Source of the DNA: Promethearchaeota archaeon
Lineage (GTDB): Archaea; Asgardarchaeota; Lokiarchaeia; Sigyniarchaeales; Promethearchaeaceae
NCBI GenBank assembly: GCA_016933055.1
Contig: JAFGBS010000019.1
Span: forward strand, 1-32,000
DNA: 32,000 nucleotides
Direction: 5' to 3'
Position 1 is the stretch's first letter; every line of letters begins with the position of its first letter. Positions 18,145-27,011 of the stretch are shown in pieces. Under the pieces are notes generated by a model, which was given only the letters and a program-made list of their open reading frames with translations, searched no databases and was not told the origin of the DNA. The translations under genes were made by a program, and so were the position numbers.

Positions 18145-19140
18145 TTACACATAAGGAGTCAAATCGATAAATTCTTGAGATAAATTACCGAATTTCATCA
18201 TGATACGGAGATTTTCCGTTATTTTTCCTATTTTAAACACCATTAACCCGTGCTCTTTACCTAGTTTTTGCACTGATTTGTAATCTGAAGAACGTACAGT
18301 TACTAAAAAAGCAGAAGTGAGATACATTTTCACAAACTCCACTAATTGAAATTCCTTAGTGATTAGATGAGGGGGGGTTTTAAGCCATCCAAGATCTAAT
18401 ACAGCTCCCTTTTTGGAATATTGGAGTAACAATATCAGTGTTCCAATTATTCCTCCATTGGAGATATCTTTCGAAGAAGAAACCAGTTTTCGGTGAGCCA
18501 ATTTAGACATAATTTTTCTTTTTCTTAGTATTTCATCTTTTTCTTTGAATGTAACAGTATCCCAGTAATATTTACTGGATTTCCCTACATGACCATCAAA
18601 ATCTGCTATCACCACAATCAAATCTCCATTTCTGGCTCCTCCTGCAGAAACATAATCTTCCTTTTTGATCTTTCCAATAACAGTGGCTGAAACTCCCACA
18701 TTTGAAGTTTTATCAGACGTATGACCTCTTACTAATGGGATTTCAAATCGATGAGTTGCTTCCAATAAACCATTTAAAAGTTGTGTTCGTATTTCTGGTT
18801 GATCAGAACTTATAATAGAACTTGCTGCTATTGGAGTGCCTCCACATGAATAGATATCATCCGCTCCTGCCATAATAGCACTAAATCCGGCTGCCCAAGG
18901 TGATTTTTTGGAGAATTCCTCTGTGATAGAATCCGTTGTGATTAATAACAAGTCTTGACTGTTCTCATTAAAAATAATACCAGCGGCATCCTCTCCAATT
19001 GAACTAAAAACATGATTTGAGTGATAACTTTCCCGACGCACTTTATCCATAATTGGAAATAAAAGTGTCTTCCGTGTCAAATTTTCAAAATTCTGCAAAT
19101 TTTCGATAAAACTCGCTAAAAAGGATCGATCTTCACTCAT
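18145..19140 (-). CDS. AIR synthase-related protein (PurM/ThiL fold; sll0787 / methanogenesis marker 2-like)
   Basis: Motifs: IGEDAAGI, ITTD, WAAGFSAIMAGADDIYSCGGTPIA, PLVRGHT, SKDISNGGIIGTL. Confidence 0.75.
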   Translation of the reverse strand: MSEDRSFLASFIENLQNFENLTRKTLLFPIMDKVRRESYHSNHVFSSIGEDAAGIIFNENSQDLLLITTDSITEEFSKKSPWAAGFSAIMAGADDIYSCGGTPIAASSIISSDQPEIRTQLLNGLLEATHRFEIPLVRGHTSDKTSNVGVSATVIGKIKKEDYVSAGGARNGDLIVVIADFDGHVGKSSKYYWDTVTFKEKDEILRKRKIMSKLAHRKLVSSSKDISNGGIIGTLILLLQYSKKGAVLDLGWLKTPPHLITKEFQLVEFVKMYLTSAFLVTVRSSDYKSVQKLGKEHGLMVFKIGKITENLRIMMKFGNLSQEFIDLTPYV

Positions 19141-19259
19141 CTTTGCTCAACAATTCATATTTACGTAACGTGTTCTTTACCATTTATAGGAATACATCAA
19201 GTGAAGTGTTACCTAATAAAGTATTTTATCCTAACAATTTTTGCGGGTGTTGATGGATT

Positions 19260-20906
19260 ATTTCATCAGAAGAAAAATTCCAAGAAATCTTAGTAACAAT
19301 TCGAGGTGGTACGATTAGAGGTGTTGTTTTTTCCAATTATGATGAATTTGGATACCAAAACTTGTATTCCTTCCCTCCTGCAGTTGAAAATCTTGACACA
19401 CATCTATCAATCCAAAGCTCTCTATTTAAGCAATGGCAATTAGAAAAAGACCAATTTTTCAAAAAGACATTTAATGGACCCGAAATACCCCCCATAAAAC
19501 GTTTTGGTGGATTAAGTGACATAATGTTATTCACTGAACGAGATTTTCTTCAGATAGCCGTGAAAAGTATCAGTTTACTCATTGGAGAAAGGGTTCTGGA
19601 TAAAGATCCTTCCCTTTTGAGGATGCAATTTTATGGGATATTACCCTACCCAGATTTTCAAGTTTATTCCTACACCTTCTTCCGGTTTTATTCAGTAATT
19701 GGAGAAAATATCCCGAGAGCATGCACATTTTCCCTCCTTATCGATAAGAATAAAAAGAACTTCATTTATGAACATCACAAATTTCTTCAGCAGTTGATTA
19801 ATGATACAGTAAATTCACTCGTCGTTCATTTGGAACAAGGAGAATGGACATCGGAAAACATCTCTAAAGCAATTGTCGAAAAGCTACATGGTACGATCTT
19901 CCACTTTTTTCGAAGTTTGTCAAATCTTAGTAAGACAGATCAATTTATAGCACCTCTTACATCTTATAGGACTAAAAAAATCGTATTCACAGGGCTGAAA
20001 CACAGTGAAATTAACAGATTTCTAATTTCTCTCAAACAATGCTCTGCTAAAAAACAAAGATCAGATATAGAAACAGAGATCCCTATTACTCGTCTTTTTG
20101 AGACAACAGTTTTACGATGGGACAGTAACGAAGATGGGGAAAGTTACTTGGACAATATTGATCTCCTCTACTATTTCGTGGATGGAACAGATGTATATAA
20201 GATAGAAGAAGATCAAATCTTTTATAGCAAGATTATCGAACACCTCGGCAAGAAGGAAATTAGGATTCCTATTTTAGTAATTATATCCAAAAATGGTGAA
20301 GATATAATAGATTCCCTCGCCTCACACCAAACTATCTTACGGATAAAAGAACAATTTCAAAGCTTCACATCGAAACATGAGTATCAAGTACGATTTTTCG
20401 AGACTGATAAATTCTCCCCATCTGCATGTTTATCAGTTTTTTCGGAAGGATTATCCTTGCTAATGGGCACCCAAAATGACATAACTCCTATTCTAACAAG
20501 ATTTTCTGATAAGTGGAATGTACCTGCATTATTTTTATATAATCAAACCGGCTTAGCCTTCTCTAAATATATCTCAAAGAACTTGAGCATGAACTATCCC
20601 TCTCCCCAAGGCATCGAATTAACTGGCACTAACCTCGTTTCAATCTTTGATATCAGTAAACCATTGGGTCATAAATCCCCTAATTCTGAAATTTCTGTAG
20701 AGATGGGAAAAAATTACAGCGCAATTTTGAAAAAAATCAATTGGTTTATTCCTTTTTATATTCTTGCTTTCACTTCCCGTTCTACATCAGAATTTGATAT
20801 TGCCAATCTTAATGTATTGGGCATGGAACTGATTGATCTATTTGGGAATAAATCAAATATAAGTTTTCCATATAAAGATCATGGTAAAAAAACCGAAGTT
20901 TGGTAA
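19260..20906 (+). CDS. Multidomain protein: longin/uDENN-like N-terminus, degenerate Arf/Rag-like GTPase domain, roadblock/longin-like C-terminus; start uncertain
   Basis: The frame is open from 19254, 36 codons before the TTG at 19362, and encodes ISSEEKFQEIL..IRGVVFSNYDEFG. The middle has KIVFTGLKHSEIN / LLYYFVDGTD / IPILVIISK. The C-terminus has ALFLYNQTGLAFS. The domain calls are pattern-based. Confidence 0.55.
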   Translation: MSSEEKFQEILVTIRGGTIRGVVFSNYDEFGYQNLYSFPPAVENLDTHLSIQSSLFKQWQLEKDQFFKKTFNGPEIPPIKRFGGLSDIMLFTERDFLQIAVKSISLLIGERVLDKDPSLLRMQFYGILPYPDFQVYSYTFFRFYSVIGENIPRACTFSLLIDKNKKNFIYEHHKFLQQLINDTVNSLVVHLEQGEWTSENISKAIVEKLHGTIFHFFRSLSNLSKTDQFIAPLTSYRTKKIVFTGLKHSEINRFLISLKQCSAKKQRSDIETEIPITRLFETTVLRWDSNEDGESYLDNIDLLYYFVDGTDVYKIEEDQIFYSKIIEHLGKKEIRIPILVIISKNGEDIIDSLASHQTILRIKEQFQSFTSKHEYQVRFFETDKFSPSACLSVFSEGLSLLMGTQNDITPILTRFSDKWNVPALFLYNQTGLAFSKYISKNLSMNYPSPQGIELTGTNLVSIFDISKPLGHKSPNSEISVEMGKNYSAILKKINWFIPFYILAFTSRSTSEFDIANLNVLGMELIDLFGNKSNISFPYKDHGKKTEVW

Positions 20907-21930
20907 CTATGTGGTTGCATTAGGGGAATTGATGTTACGTCTAAAATCACCCTTAACCCAGCGCTTTTTACAAAATTCCCTCTTTGAAGCAACATTTGGC
21001 GGTGCTGAAGCGAATTTTCTTGCTTCACTTTCAAATTATAATGTTCCAACCCGTTATATTACGTGTTTACCAGATAACGATATCGCTAAGAATGCATTGA
21101 GATTTTTGCACTCTCTGAATATTGATACGTCTTGCATTTCCTTTTCAGAAGGAAGAATGGGTCTTTATTATTTAGAACAAGGATCAGGTCCCCGACCTTC
21201 ACAGGTCATTTATGATCGAGCCTATTCGAGCATTTCTCAGTCAAAAATTAACCAATTTCAATGGGATGCTGTATTTGCTGATTCATCGTGGTTCCATACT
21301 ACCGGAATTACCGCTGCGTTGTCACAAAATACGGCCGATCTATGTGAATATGCCATGAAAGAAGCAACGAAAAGAAATATGAAAATCTCCTGTGATTTAA
21401 ACTATCGGAAAAATTTATGGAACTATGGCAAAACTCCAAAGCAAATTATGAAAAAATTACTCTCTTACGTGAATGTTGTAATTGCGAATGAAGAAGATAT
21501 ACAAAATACATTAGAACTGGATAGGTATGATGAATCAGAGAAAATTAGTGCACATAAATACCAACGACTAGCTGAAAATGTTGTGGATGAATTTCCGAAC
21601 ATTGAAGTAGTCGCGATTACCCTACGAGAAAGTTTCTCGGCAGATTATAATGAATGGGCAGCACTTTGTTATGTTTCAGATCATAAGAAAGTGTATATAT
21701 CACAAAAATACCAATTAAAGAACATTATAGACCGAGTAGGTGCTGGAGATGCGTTCGGTGCTGGTTTTATCTATGGATTGCTGATGGAAAAGACGTATCA
21801 AGAAGCATTAGAGTTTGGAGTTGCTGCAAGCGCATTGAAACATACTATTCCAGGGGATATTAACCGTGTAACAGCACAAGAGGTAGAAAATCTCATTGGT
21901 GGCACAGGATCTGGAAGAGTGGTAAGATAA
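20881..21930 (+). CDS. kdgK: 2-dehydro-3-deoxygluconokinase-like PfkB sugar kinase
   Basis: Motifs: ALGELMLRL, FGGAEAN, GRMGLYYLEQG..RPSQVIYDRA, WFHTTGIT, SCDLNYRKNLW, IANEED, DRVGAGDAFGAG, LKHTIPGDIN. An alternative GTG start lies at 20911. Confidence 0.85.
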   Translation: MVKKPKFGNYVVALGELMLRLKSPLTQRFLQNSLFEATFGGAEANFLASLSNYNVPTRYITCLPDNDIAKNALRFLHSLNIDTSCISFSEGRMGLYYLEQGSGPRPSQVIYDRAYSSISQSKINQFQWDAVFADSSWFHTTGITAALSQNTADLCEYAMKEATKRNMKISCDLNYRKNLWNYGKTPKQIMKKLLSYVNVVIANEEDIQNTLELDRYDESEKISAHKYQRLAENVVDEFPNIEVVAITLRESFSADYNEWAALCYVSDHKKVYISQKYQLKNIIDRVGAGDAFGAGFIYGLLMEKTYQEALEFGVAASALKHTIPGDINRVTAQEVENLIGGTGSGRVVR

Positions 21931-21931
21931 A

Positions 21932-22711
21932 ATGGGGAAAACAAAAAAAATAGCTTTAATTACCGGTTCCATTCGAGGAATTGGAAAAGCAATAGCAAAA
22001 GAGATGCACTCCCTTGGCTATTCTCTCATAATCAATGGGGTTTCCCAACATTCTTTACCCGAATCATATTTAGATGAGTTTTCGGGATCAAAAGAAACTA
22101 TCCACTATATTCAAGCAGATATATCCATTGTCGAGGATAGACAAAAATTAGTGGAAAAAATCATCCAGCTTAACCGAATTGACTTATTAGTAAATAATGC
22201 TGGTGTTGCTCCTAAGGAACGTAATGATATATTAGTAGCTACGGAAACCAGTTTTGACCGAGTTATGAACACAAACTTGAAAGGTCCATATTTTTTAACC
22301 CAACAAGTAGCCCAACTCATGATTCAGTTCAAAAACAATCACTTAATTGACTATAATCCAAAAATAATCAATATTGGTTCAAATTCTGCCTACACATCCT
22401 CACCCAATCGAGGAGAATACTGTCTATCCAAGGCAGGAATGGCAATGATGACTAAATTATACGCCGATAGACTTTCAGAATTTAACATTCCTGTTTTTGA
22501 AGTTCGTCCGGGTATTATAAAGACTGACATGACAAAATCTGTCGAAAAGAAATATGATACTCTATTTAAAGAGGGAATAACTCCTTTTTCGAGGTGGGGT
22601 ACACCCATAGATGTAGCAAAATGTGTCAGTGCAATCGTTCAAGGGTACTTTCCCTATAGTACAGGTCAAGTCTTTAATGTAGATGGAGGGTTCCACCTAA
22701 AGCGATTGTAG
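21932..22711 (+). CDS. SDR-family oxidoreductase (PRK12745-like)
   Basis: Motifs: ITGSIRGIG, LVNNAGVAP..R.DIL, NLKGPYFLTQ, catalytic YCLSK, EVRPGII.TDMT, RWGTP.DV, FPYSTGQVFNVDGG. Confidence 0.9.
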   Translation: MGKTKKIALITGSIRGIGKAIAKEMHSLGYSLIINGVSQHSLPESYLDEFSGSKETIHYIQADISIVEDRQKLVEKIIQLNRIDLLVNNAGVAPKERNDILVATETSFDRVMNTNLKGPYFLTQQVAQLMIQFKNNHLIDYNPKIINIGSNSAYTSSPNRGEYCLSKAGMAMMTKLYADRLSEFNIPVFEVRPGIIKTDMTKSVEKKYDTLFKEGITPFSRWGTPIDVAKCVSAIVQGYFPYSTGQVFNVDGGFHLKRL

Positions 22712-22720
22712 GGATTAAAA

Positions 22721-24721
22721 ATGATCTTGGATGGACATACTCTTTATCGCATTAATACTTTAGTTATAGGTTCAGGCACAGCAGGTATGAATGTAGCTAT
22801 ACATTTTGTAGAAGAAGGTGGATCTTCTGATGATATCCTAATCGCTACTGAACTGCTTGGGGGTGGAACCTCATTTAATGCAGGATCAGATAAGCAAACC
22901 TATTACAAACTTTCTTTGGCAGGCAATCAGTCTGATAATATTTACAAAATGGCAGAAACTTATTGGAATGGCGGTTCCATGCATGGAGATATTGCCTTAA
23001 TTGAATCTGCAAATTCAGTACGGGAATTCATGCATCTTGTCTCATTGGGGGTACCGTTTCCTACTAACAAGTATGGTGAGTATGTTGGATACAAAACCGA
23101 TAACGATCCATTACAAAGAGCGACATCGGCAGGACCCCTAACTTCAAAATTAATGGCCGAAGCATTACTAAAAAGAGTAACACAATTAGGAATTCAAATT
23201 TGCAATGAAGTATATTGCTGTAAGATTTTTGATTTAGGTTTGCAAAAACTCGTTATTGGCTTTCAAATTGATGATCTTTTTCAAGATATCTCTAAAAACT
23301 TTATGAAAATCGTTAATCGGAACTTAGTTCTATTTATTGTGGATAACCTTATAGTTGCTACGGGAGGTACTAGTTGTATCTATAGACATTCGGTTTATCC
23401 AAAGAGTCAGTGGGGGAGTTTAGGTGTATTGATCGATTACGGTTGTGAAACTCAAAATCTCACTGAATCTCAGTTCGGGATCGCTTCTACAAAAGTTCGT
23501 TGGAACCTTAGTGGTACCTATCAACAAGTTCTTCCAACTTATCGCTCATATGGGGAGAAGGAAACGATTAGGGATGCTGTAGAATTCCTAAATCCATGTT
23601 TTCAAACTAAATCCCATCTTCTTAATGCTATTTTTCTGAAAGGTTATCAATGGCCGTTTAATGTGGAACGGATAAGTGACTATGGTTCCTCTCTAATTGA
23701 TCTCTTAATTTTTAAAGAAATTACACAGAAAGGACGAAAAGTAGTATTAGATTATACTACGAATCCGTGCAATCTATCCATTAACCAAATTTTGGAATTA
23801 CTTGACGAGGAATACGCGAATTATCTACTGAAATCGAAGATTACTGCAGATCCTTTATATTCTACTCCCATTAGTAGACTTCGGAAAATTAATCCTAAGG
23901 CTTATGATTTATACTTGTCTCGGGGGATCGATCTGGAGCGGGAACAATTGGATATCTCAGTCTGTGCCCAACACAGCAATGGAGGAATCTCGGGTGATAT
24001 TTGGTGGGAATCTTCCAGACCAAGAGTTTTTGTAATTGGAGAAGCAAATGGAAGCCATGGAATTCATCGGCCAGGCGGTGCTGCACTTAATTCTGGTCAA
24101 GTAGGAGGTTTAAGGGCAGCTTTGAAAATTCTGCATGAGTATTATCCCCAACAAAAACAGGAAAAATTTGAATTGGACTCTCAGCATATCTTGGAATTGG
24201 TTAATGGGTACTGTAATTTGATAGCTGAAATAATTCACCATAAATCCAACAAGATTTACCCTTCTCATGTACTTGAAATCATACAGAACCGTATGGCGAA
24301 ATATGGATTTATACTTCGAACAGATTCGAATTTGAAAACGGAAGTTGGAAAAATAGATCATGAAATTCGCACCTATTTTTCAAGGTTATCACTTCAGAAT
24401 CCAACGTGGGGAGAATTTATATATTCTATACGAGTGTATGATGCGTTAATCACCCATGCTGCATATTTACATAGTATTCTTACCTACATTGCTGAAAAAG
24501 GGGGAAGCAGAGGTAGCTATATTATTGACCAATCAGGAAACCGCATTCCACATAATCCAACGCTTGATGAATACATTGTGAAAATCCGGTGGAATTTGGA
24601 AGAAAATTCTAGAAATTTTTCTTCGTTTTTAGAAAAGCGAAAAAATATTCCTCAAGATGAAGATTGGTTTGAAACTGCTTGGCACGTATTTGATTCCGGC
24701 GCAGTATTTAAAGAAGAATGA
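22721..24721 (+). CDS. FAD-binding oxidoreductase of the SdhA/FrdA/NadB superfamily, uncharacterised subfamily
   Basis: Motifs: VIGSGTAG, ATGG, QHSNGG, FVIGEANGSHGIHRPGGAALNSGQVGG, GGSRGS; subfamily-type GSDKQTYYKL and GYKTDND..QRATSAGPLTSK. Confidence 0.8.
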   Translation: MILDGHTLYRINTLVIGSGTAGMNVAIHFVEEGGSSDDILIATELLGGGTSFNAGSDKQTYYKLSLAGNQSDNIYKMAETYWNGGSMHGDIALIESANSVREFMHLVSLGVPFPTNKYGEYVGYKTDNDPLQRATSAGPLTSKLMAEALLKRVTQLGIQICNEVYCCKIFDLGLQKLVIGFQIDDLFQDISKNFMKIVNRNLVLFIVDNLIVATGGTSCIYRHSVYPKSQWGSLGVLIDYGCETQNLTESQFGIASTKVRWNLSGTYQQVLPTYRSYGEKETIRDAVEFLNPCFQTKSHLLNAIFLKGYQWPFNVERISDYGSSLIDLLIFKEITQKGRKVVLDYTTNPCNLSINQILELLDEEYANYLLKSKITADPLYSTPISRLRKINPKAYDLYLSRGIDLEREQLDISVCAQHSNGGISGDIWWESSRPRVFVIGEANGSHGIHRPGGAALNSGQVGGLRAALKILHEYYPQQKQEKFELDSQHILELVNGYCNLIAEIIHHKSNKIYPSHVLEIIQNRMAKYGFILRTDSNLKTEVGKIDHEIRTYFSRLSLQNPTWGEFIYSIRVYDALITHAAYLHSILTYIAEKGGSRGSYIIDQSGNRIPHNPTLDEYIVKIRWNLEENSRNFSSFLEKRKNIPQDEDWFETAWHVFDSGAVFKEE

Positions 24722-24779
24722 TATATTGAATATACAAAACCACATAGGAGAAAAACTCTAATATATACGTAAGTGAAGG

Positions 24780-25364
24780 GTGATGATGAAGAGCGATCCA
24801 AATATGCTTAAACTTTGCGTTATGGGAGAAGGAGGGGTAGGAAAAACCACTCTGGCGAACCGTATATTAACGGGAGTATTCAATCCGGCGACAAAGATGA
24901 CCATAGGCATAGATTTCCACTTATTTCAAATGCAAATCTTGGATCCACGTACCTCTGATGAAAATTTGCTCCCAATTTCTCTCGCGATTTGGGATTTTGG
25001 TGGCGAGGATAGATTTCGATTCATGTTACCTCGATTTGTGAAGGGAGCGAACGGGGGTCTTTTACTATTTGACCTGACCAGATATAGTACAACAAAATAT
25101 TTGAAGGAATGGTTGAACATTTGGAATGAAAATGCAGAACCCCATACTCCATTGTTTTTAGTTGCTTCCAAACATGACAAAATTAATCCCACGTCTCAAA
25201 ATATGATAGAAGTACAGATAAACGAATTGAAGAAATCTCTAAACATCCAAAAACATTTTCTAATCAGTTCTAAAAGTGGATTTATGGTGGATACTTTAAT
25301 TGATTCAATTGCGAAAGATATGTGGCTATTCAAAAATAATATCAAAATATCGCTAACAGAATAA
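24780..25364 (+). CDS. Rab-like small GTPase
   Basis: G1 GEGGVGKTT, G2 MTIGIDF, G3 WDFGGEDRF, GANGGLLLFDLTR, G4 ASKHD, G5 ISSK. No C-terminal Cys. Confidence 0.9.
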   Translation: MMMKSDPNMLKLCVMGEGGVGKTTLANRILTGVFNPATKMTIGIDFHLFQMQILDPRTSDENLLPISLAIWDFGGEDRFRFMLPRFVKGANGGLLLFDLTRYSTTKYLKEWLNIWNENAEPHTPLFLVASKHDKINPTSQNMIEVQINELKKSLNIQKHFLISSKSGFMVDTLIDSIAKDMWLFKNNIKISLTE

Positions 25365-25371
25365 ATTTATC

Positions 25372-27009
25372 TTGTTTTTACGCTTAGTACAAATTACAAG
25401 CAAGTTGCAGATGGTTTCAATGGGAAAAGAATTAACACAAGAAGAGAAAGAAATTACCAAGCGTCAAAAATTAATCGAGGGCTGGGATCAACTCGCATTA
25501 AAAAATAGCACTGTATTTATTGCAGGTGTTGGAGCACTTGGATGTGAAATTGCAAAAGACTTAGCCCTTTGTGGTGTTGGAAAACTGATTTTATGCGATT
25601 TGGATACAATTGAAACCTCAAATCTATCTAGACAAATGTTGTTTTATAAAGGAGATGAGGGTCGACCTAAGGCAGAAGTTGCAGCTGAAAGAGTAAAAAG
25701 AATGAACCCTTTTATAGAAATTCAATATTATTTTAAACCAATCCAAGAACTTCCCATGGAATTGTATAAATCTTGTGACCTCATCATAGCAGCCTTAGAT
25801 AACTTTAAAGCTCGTATTGATCTTAACAAAATCTGTTTGGATCTGAAGATACCAATGATCGATGGTGGTACACTTGGAATGGAAGGTCATGTTCAAGTAA
25901 TCATTCCCGAAGGAACTGTGGACAGTTCTGGAAATCTTCTGGAATATGGGAATCAATCCCGAATGATTGACACTCTCACTCAAAATAAATTATGGGAACT
26001 GGAAGAGTCGAAATATCCGGGCTATTTCGCTGCGATGCGACAAATAGAAGAATTGGAAGAAAAAATAGAACGATTAACTAGTGTGTTTATAGAACCTGTA
26101 GTAGAAAAAATTCGTACACAGACTGCCAAGGAACTTCAGTCCCATTCTAACAATAATTATACTCCTTGTTATCGGTGTGCTGTCCCGGTACCCCCTCCAA
26201 TGGGCAAAATGGCTGCTGCTTGCACCCTTAAAGGTATACCACGGAATAGAATACAATGTGCATTACGAGCTGAAGTGTTATATCATAATCGAGAAGATAA
26301 AGATGTTGATTTCTCGAAAATGGAAGAAGTACAAAAACTGACCCAAATCGCTCAGAAGGAATTGGACTCACTTCGAACCCGTGTATTAAGTGAAGGAATT
26401 AGTCCTGAAGAACAATCTCTCATTAGTACAGAGGAAATGGAAGAACGGAAAAAAAATATTAAAATTACCTTTGGACCAGATTTCTCTCCGGAAGATATGG
26501 AAAATATTCTACAAAATAAAATGCCTGCGATTCAAACAGTAAGCTCTGTGATTGCATCAATTGAATCTCAAGAGGCTCTAAAAATTTTATTTCGGATGAA
26601 AGGCATTGATGTGGGGGAGATTATGGATCCTCCCTATGTGAATTACAATGGGGTTTTTGGTCAATTTGATGCCATTCCCTTATCCCGCCGCGATGATTGT
26701 GTAGCATGCGGAAAAATCGTAGGTGTGGAAAATTTAAGCCTCTTAGTACCTAAAGATGCTACATTTGACACTTTATTTGAATTGATCAAATCTCAGAAAT
26801 ATAACATGAATCCGGATAAATGGTCCATAAGCAACCCAATTACGAAAGCCTATGTTTATCTACCGGGAAATCCCAAATCACCCGGGTTAAAGGATGAAGT
26901 CGCACAAAGTGGCATTGAATCCGGAACTTTTTATACATTTTCCACAGCACCTGCTAATGCAATCGATGGAATCCATACATTCAACATACGAATTGAATTT
27001 GCTGAATAA
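25372..27009 (+). CDS. Ubiquitin-like protein activating enzyme E1, Uba3/Uba2-like, with catalytic Cys domain and C-terminal ubiquitin-fold domain
   Basis: GVGALGCE, DLDTIETSNLSRQMLF, two Zn-binding CxxC motifs (CYRC, CVAC), AACTLKGIPRNRIQC (compare Uba3 PMCTIASMPRLPEHC), MPAIQTVSSVIAS. The real start may be the ATG at 25411 or 25420. Confidence 0.85.
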   Translation: MFLRLVQITSKLQMVSMGKELTQEEKEITKRQKLIEGWDQLALKNSTVFIAGVGALGCEIAKDLALCGVGKLILCDLDTIETSNLSRQMLFYKGDEGRPKAEVAAERVKRMNPFIEIQYYFKPIQELPMELYKSCDLIIAALDNFKARIDLNKICLDLKIPMIDGGTLGMEGHVQVIIPEGTVDSSGNLLEYGNQSRMIDTLTQNKLWELEESKYPGYFAAMRQIEELEEKIERLTSVFIEPVVEKIRTQTAKELQSHSNNNYTPCYRCAVPVPPPMGKMAAACTLKGIPRNRIQCALRAEVLYHNREDKDVDFSKMEEVQKLTQIAQKELDSLRTRVLSEGISPEEQSLISTEEMEERKKNIKITFGPDFSPEDMENILQNKMPAIQTVSSVIASIESQEALKILFRMKGIDVGEIMDPPYVNYNGVFGQFDAIPLSRRDDCVACGKIVGVENLSLLVPKDATFDTLFELIKSQKYNMNPDKWSISNPITKAYVYLPGNPKSPGLKDEVAQSGIESGTFYTFSTAPANAIDGIHTFNIRIEFAE

Positions 27010-27011
27010 CG

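Noticed and set aside
18145-19140. Selenophosphate synthetase SelD
   Set aside because: It lacks the N-terminal Cys/Sec-x-x-Lys motif and the DFF signature.
22721-24721. Bona fide succinate dehydrogenase/fumarate reductase subunit A
   Set aside because: It lacks the SHT..A.GG covalent-FAD segment and no sdhB/C/D genes are adjacent.
8214-25364. True prenylated Rab orthologs
   Set aside because: Both GTPases end right after the G domain with no CC/CxC/CaaX motif, so they are called Rab-like only.
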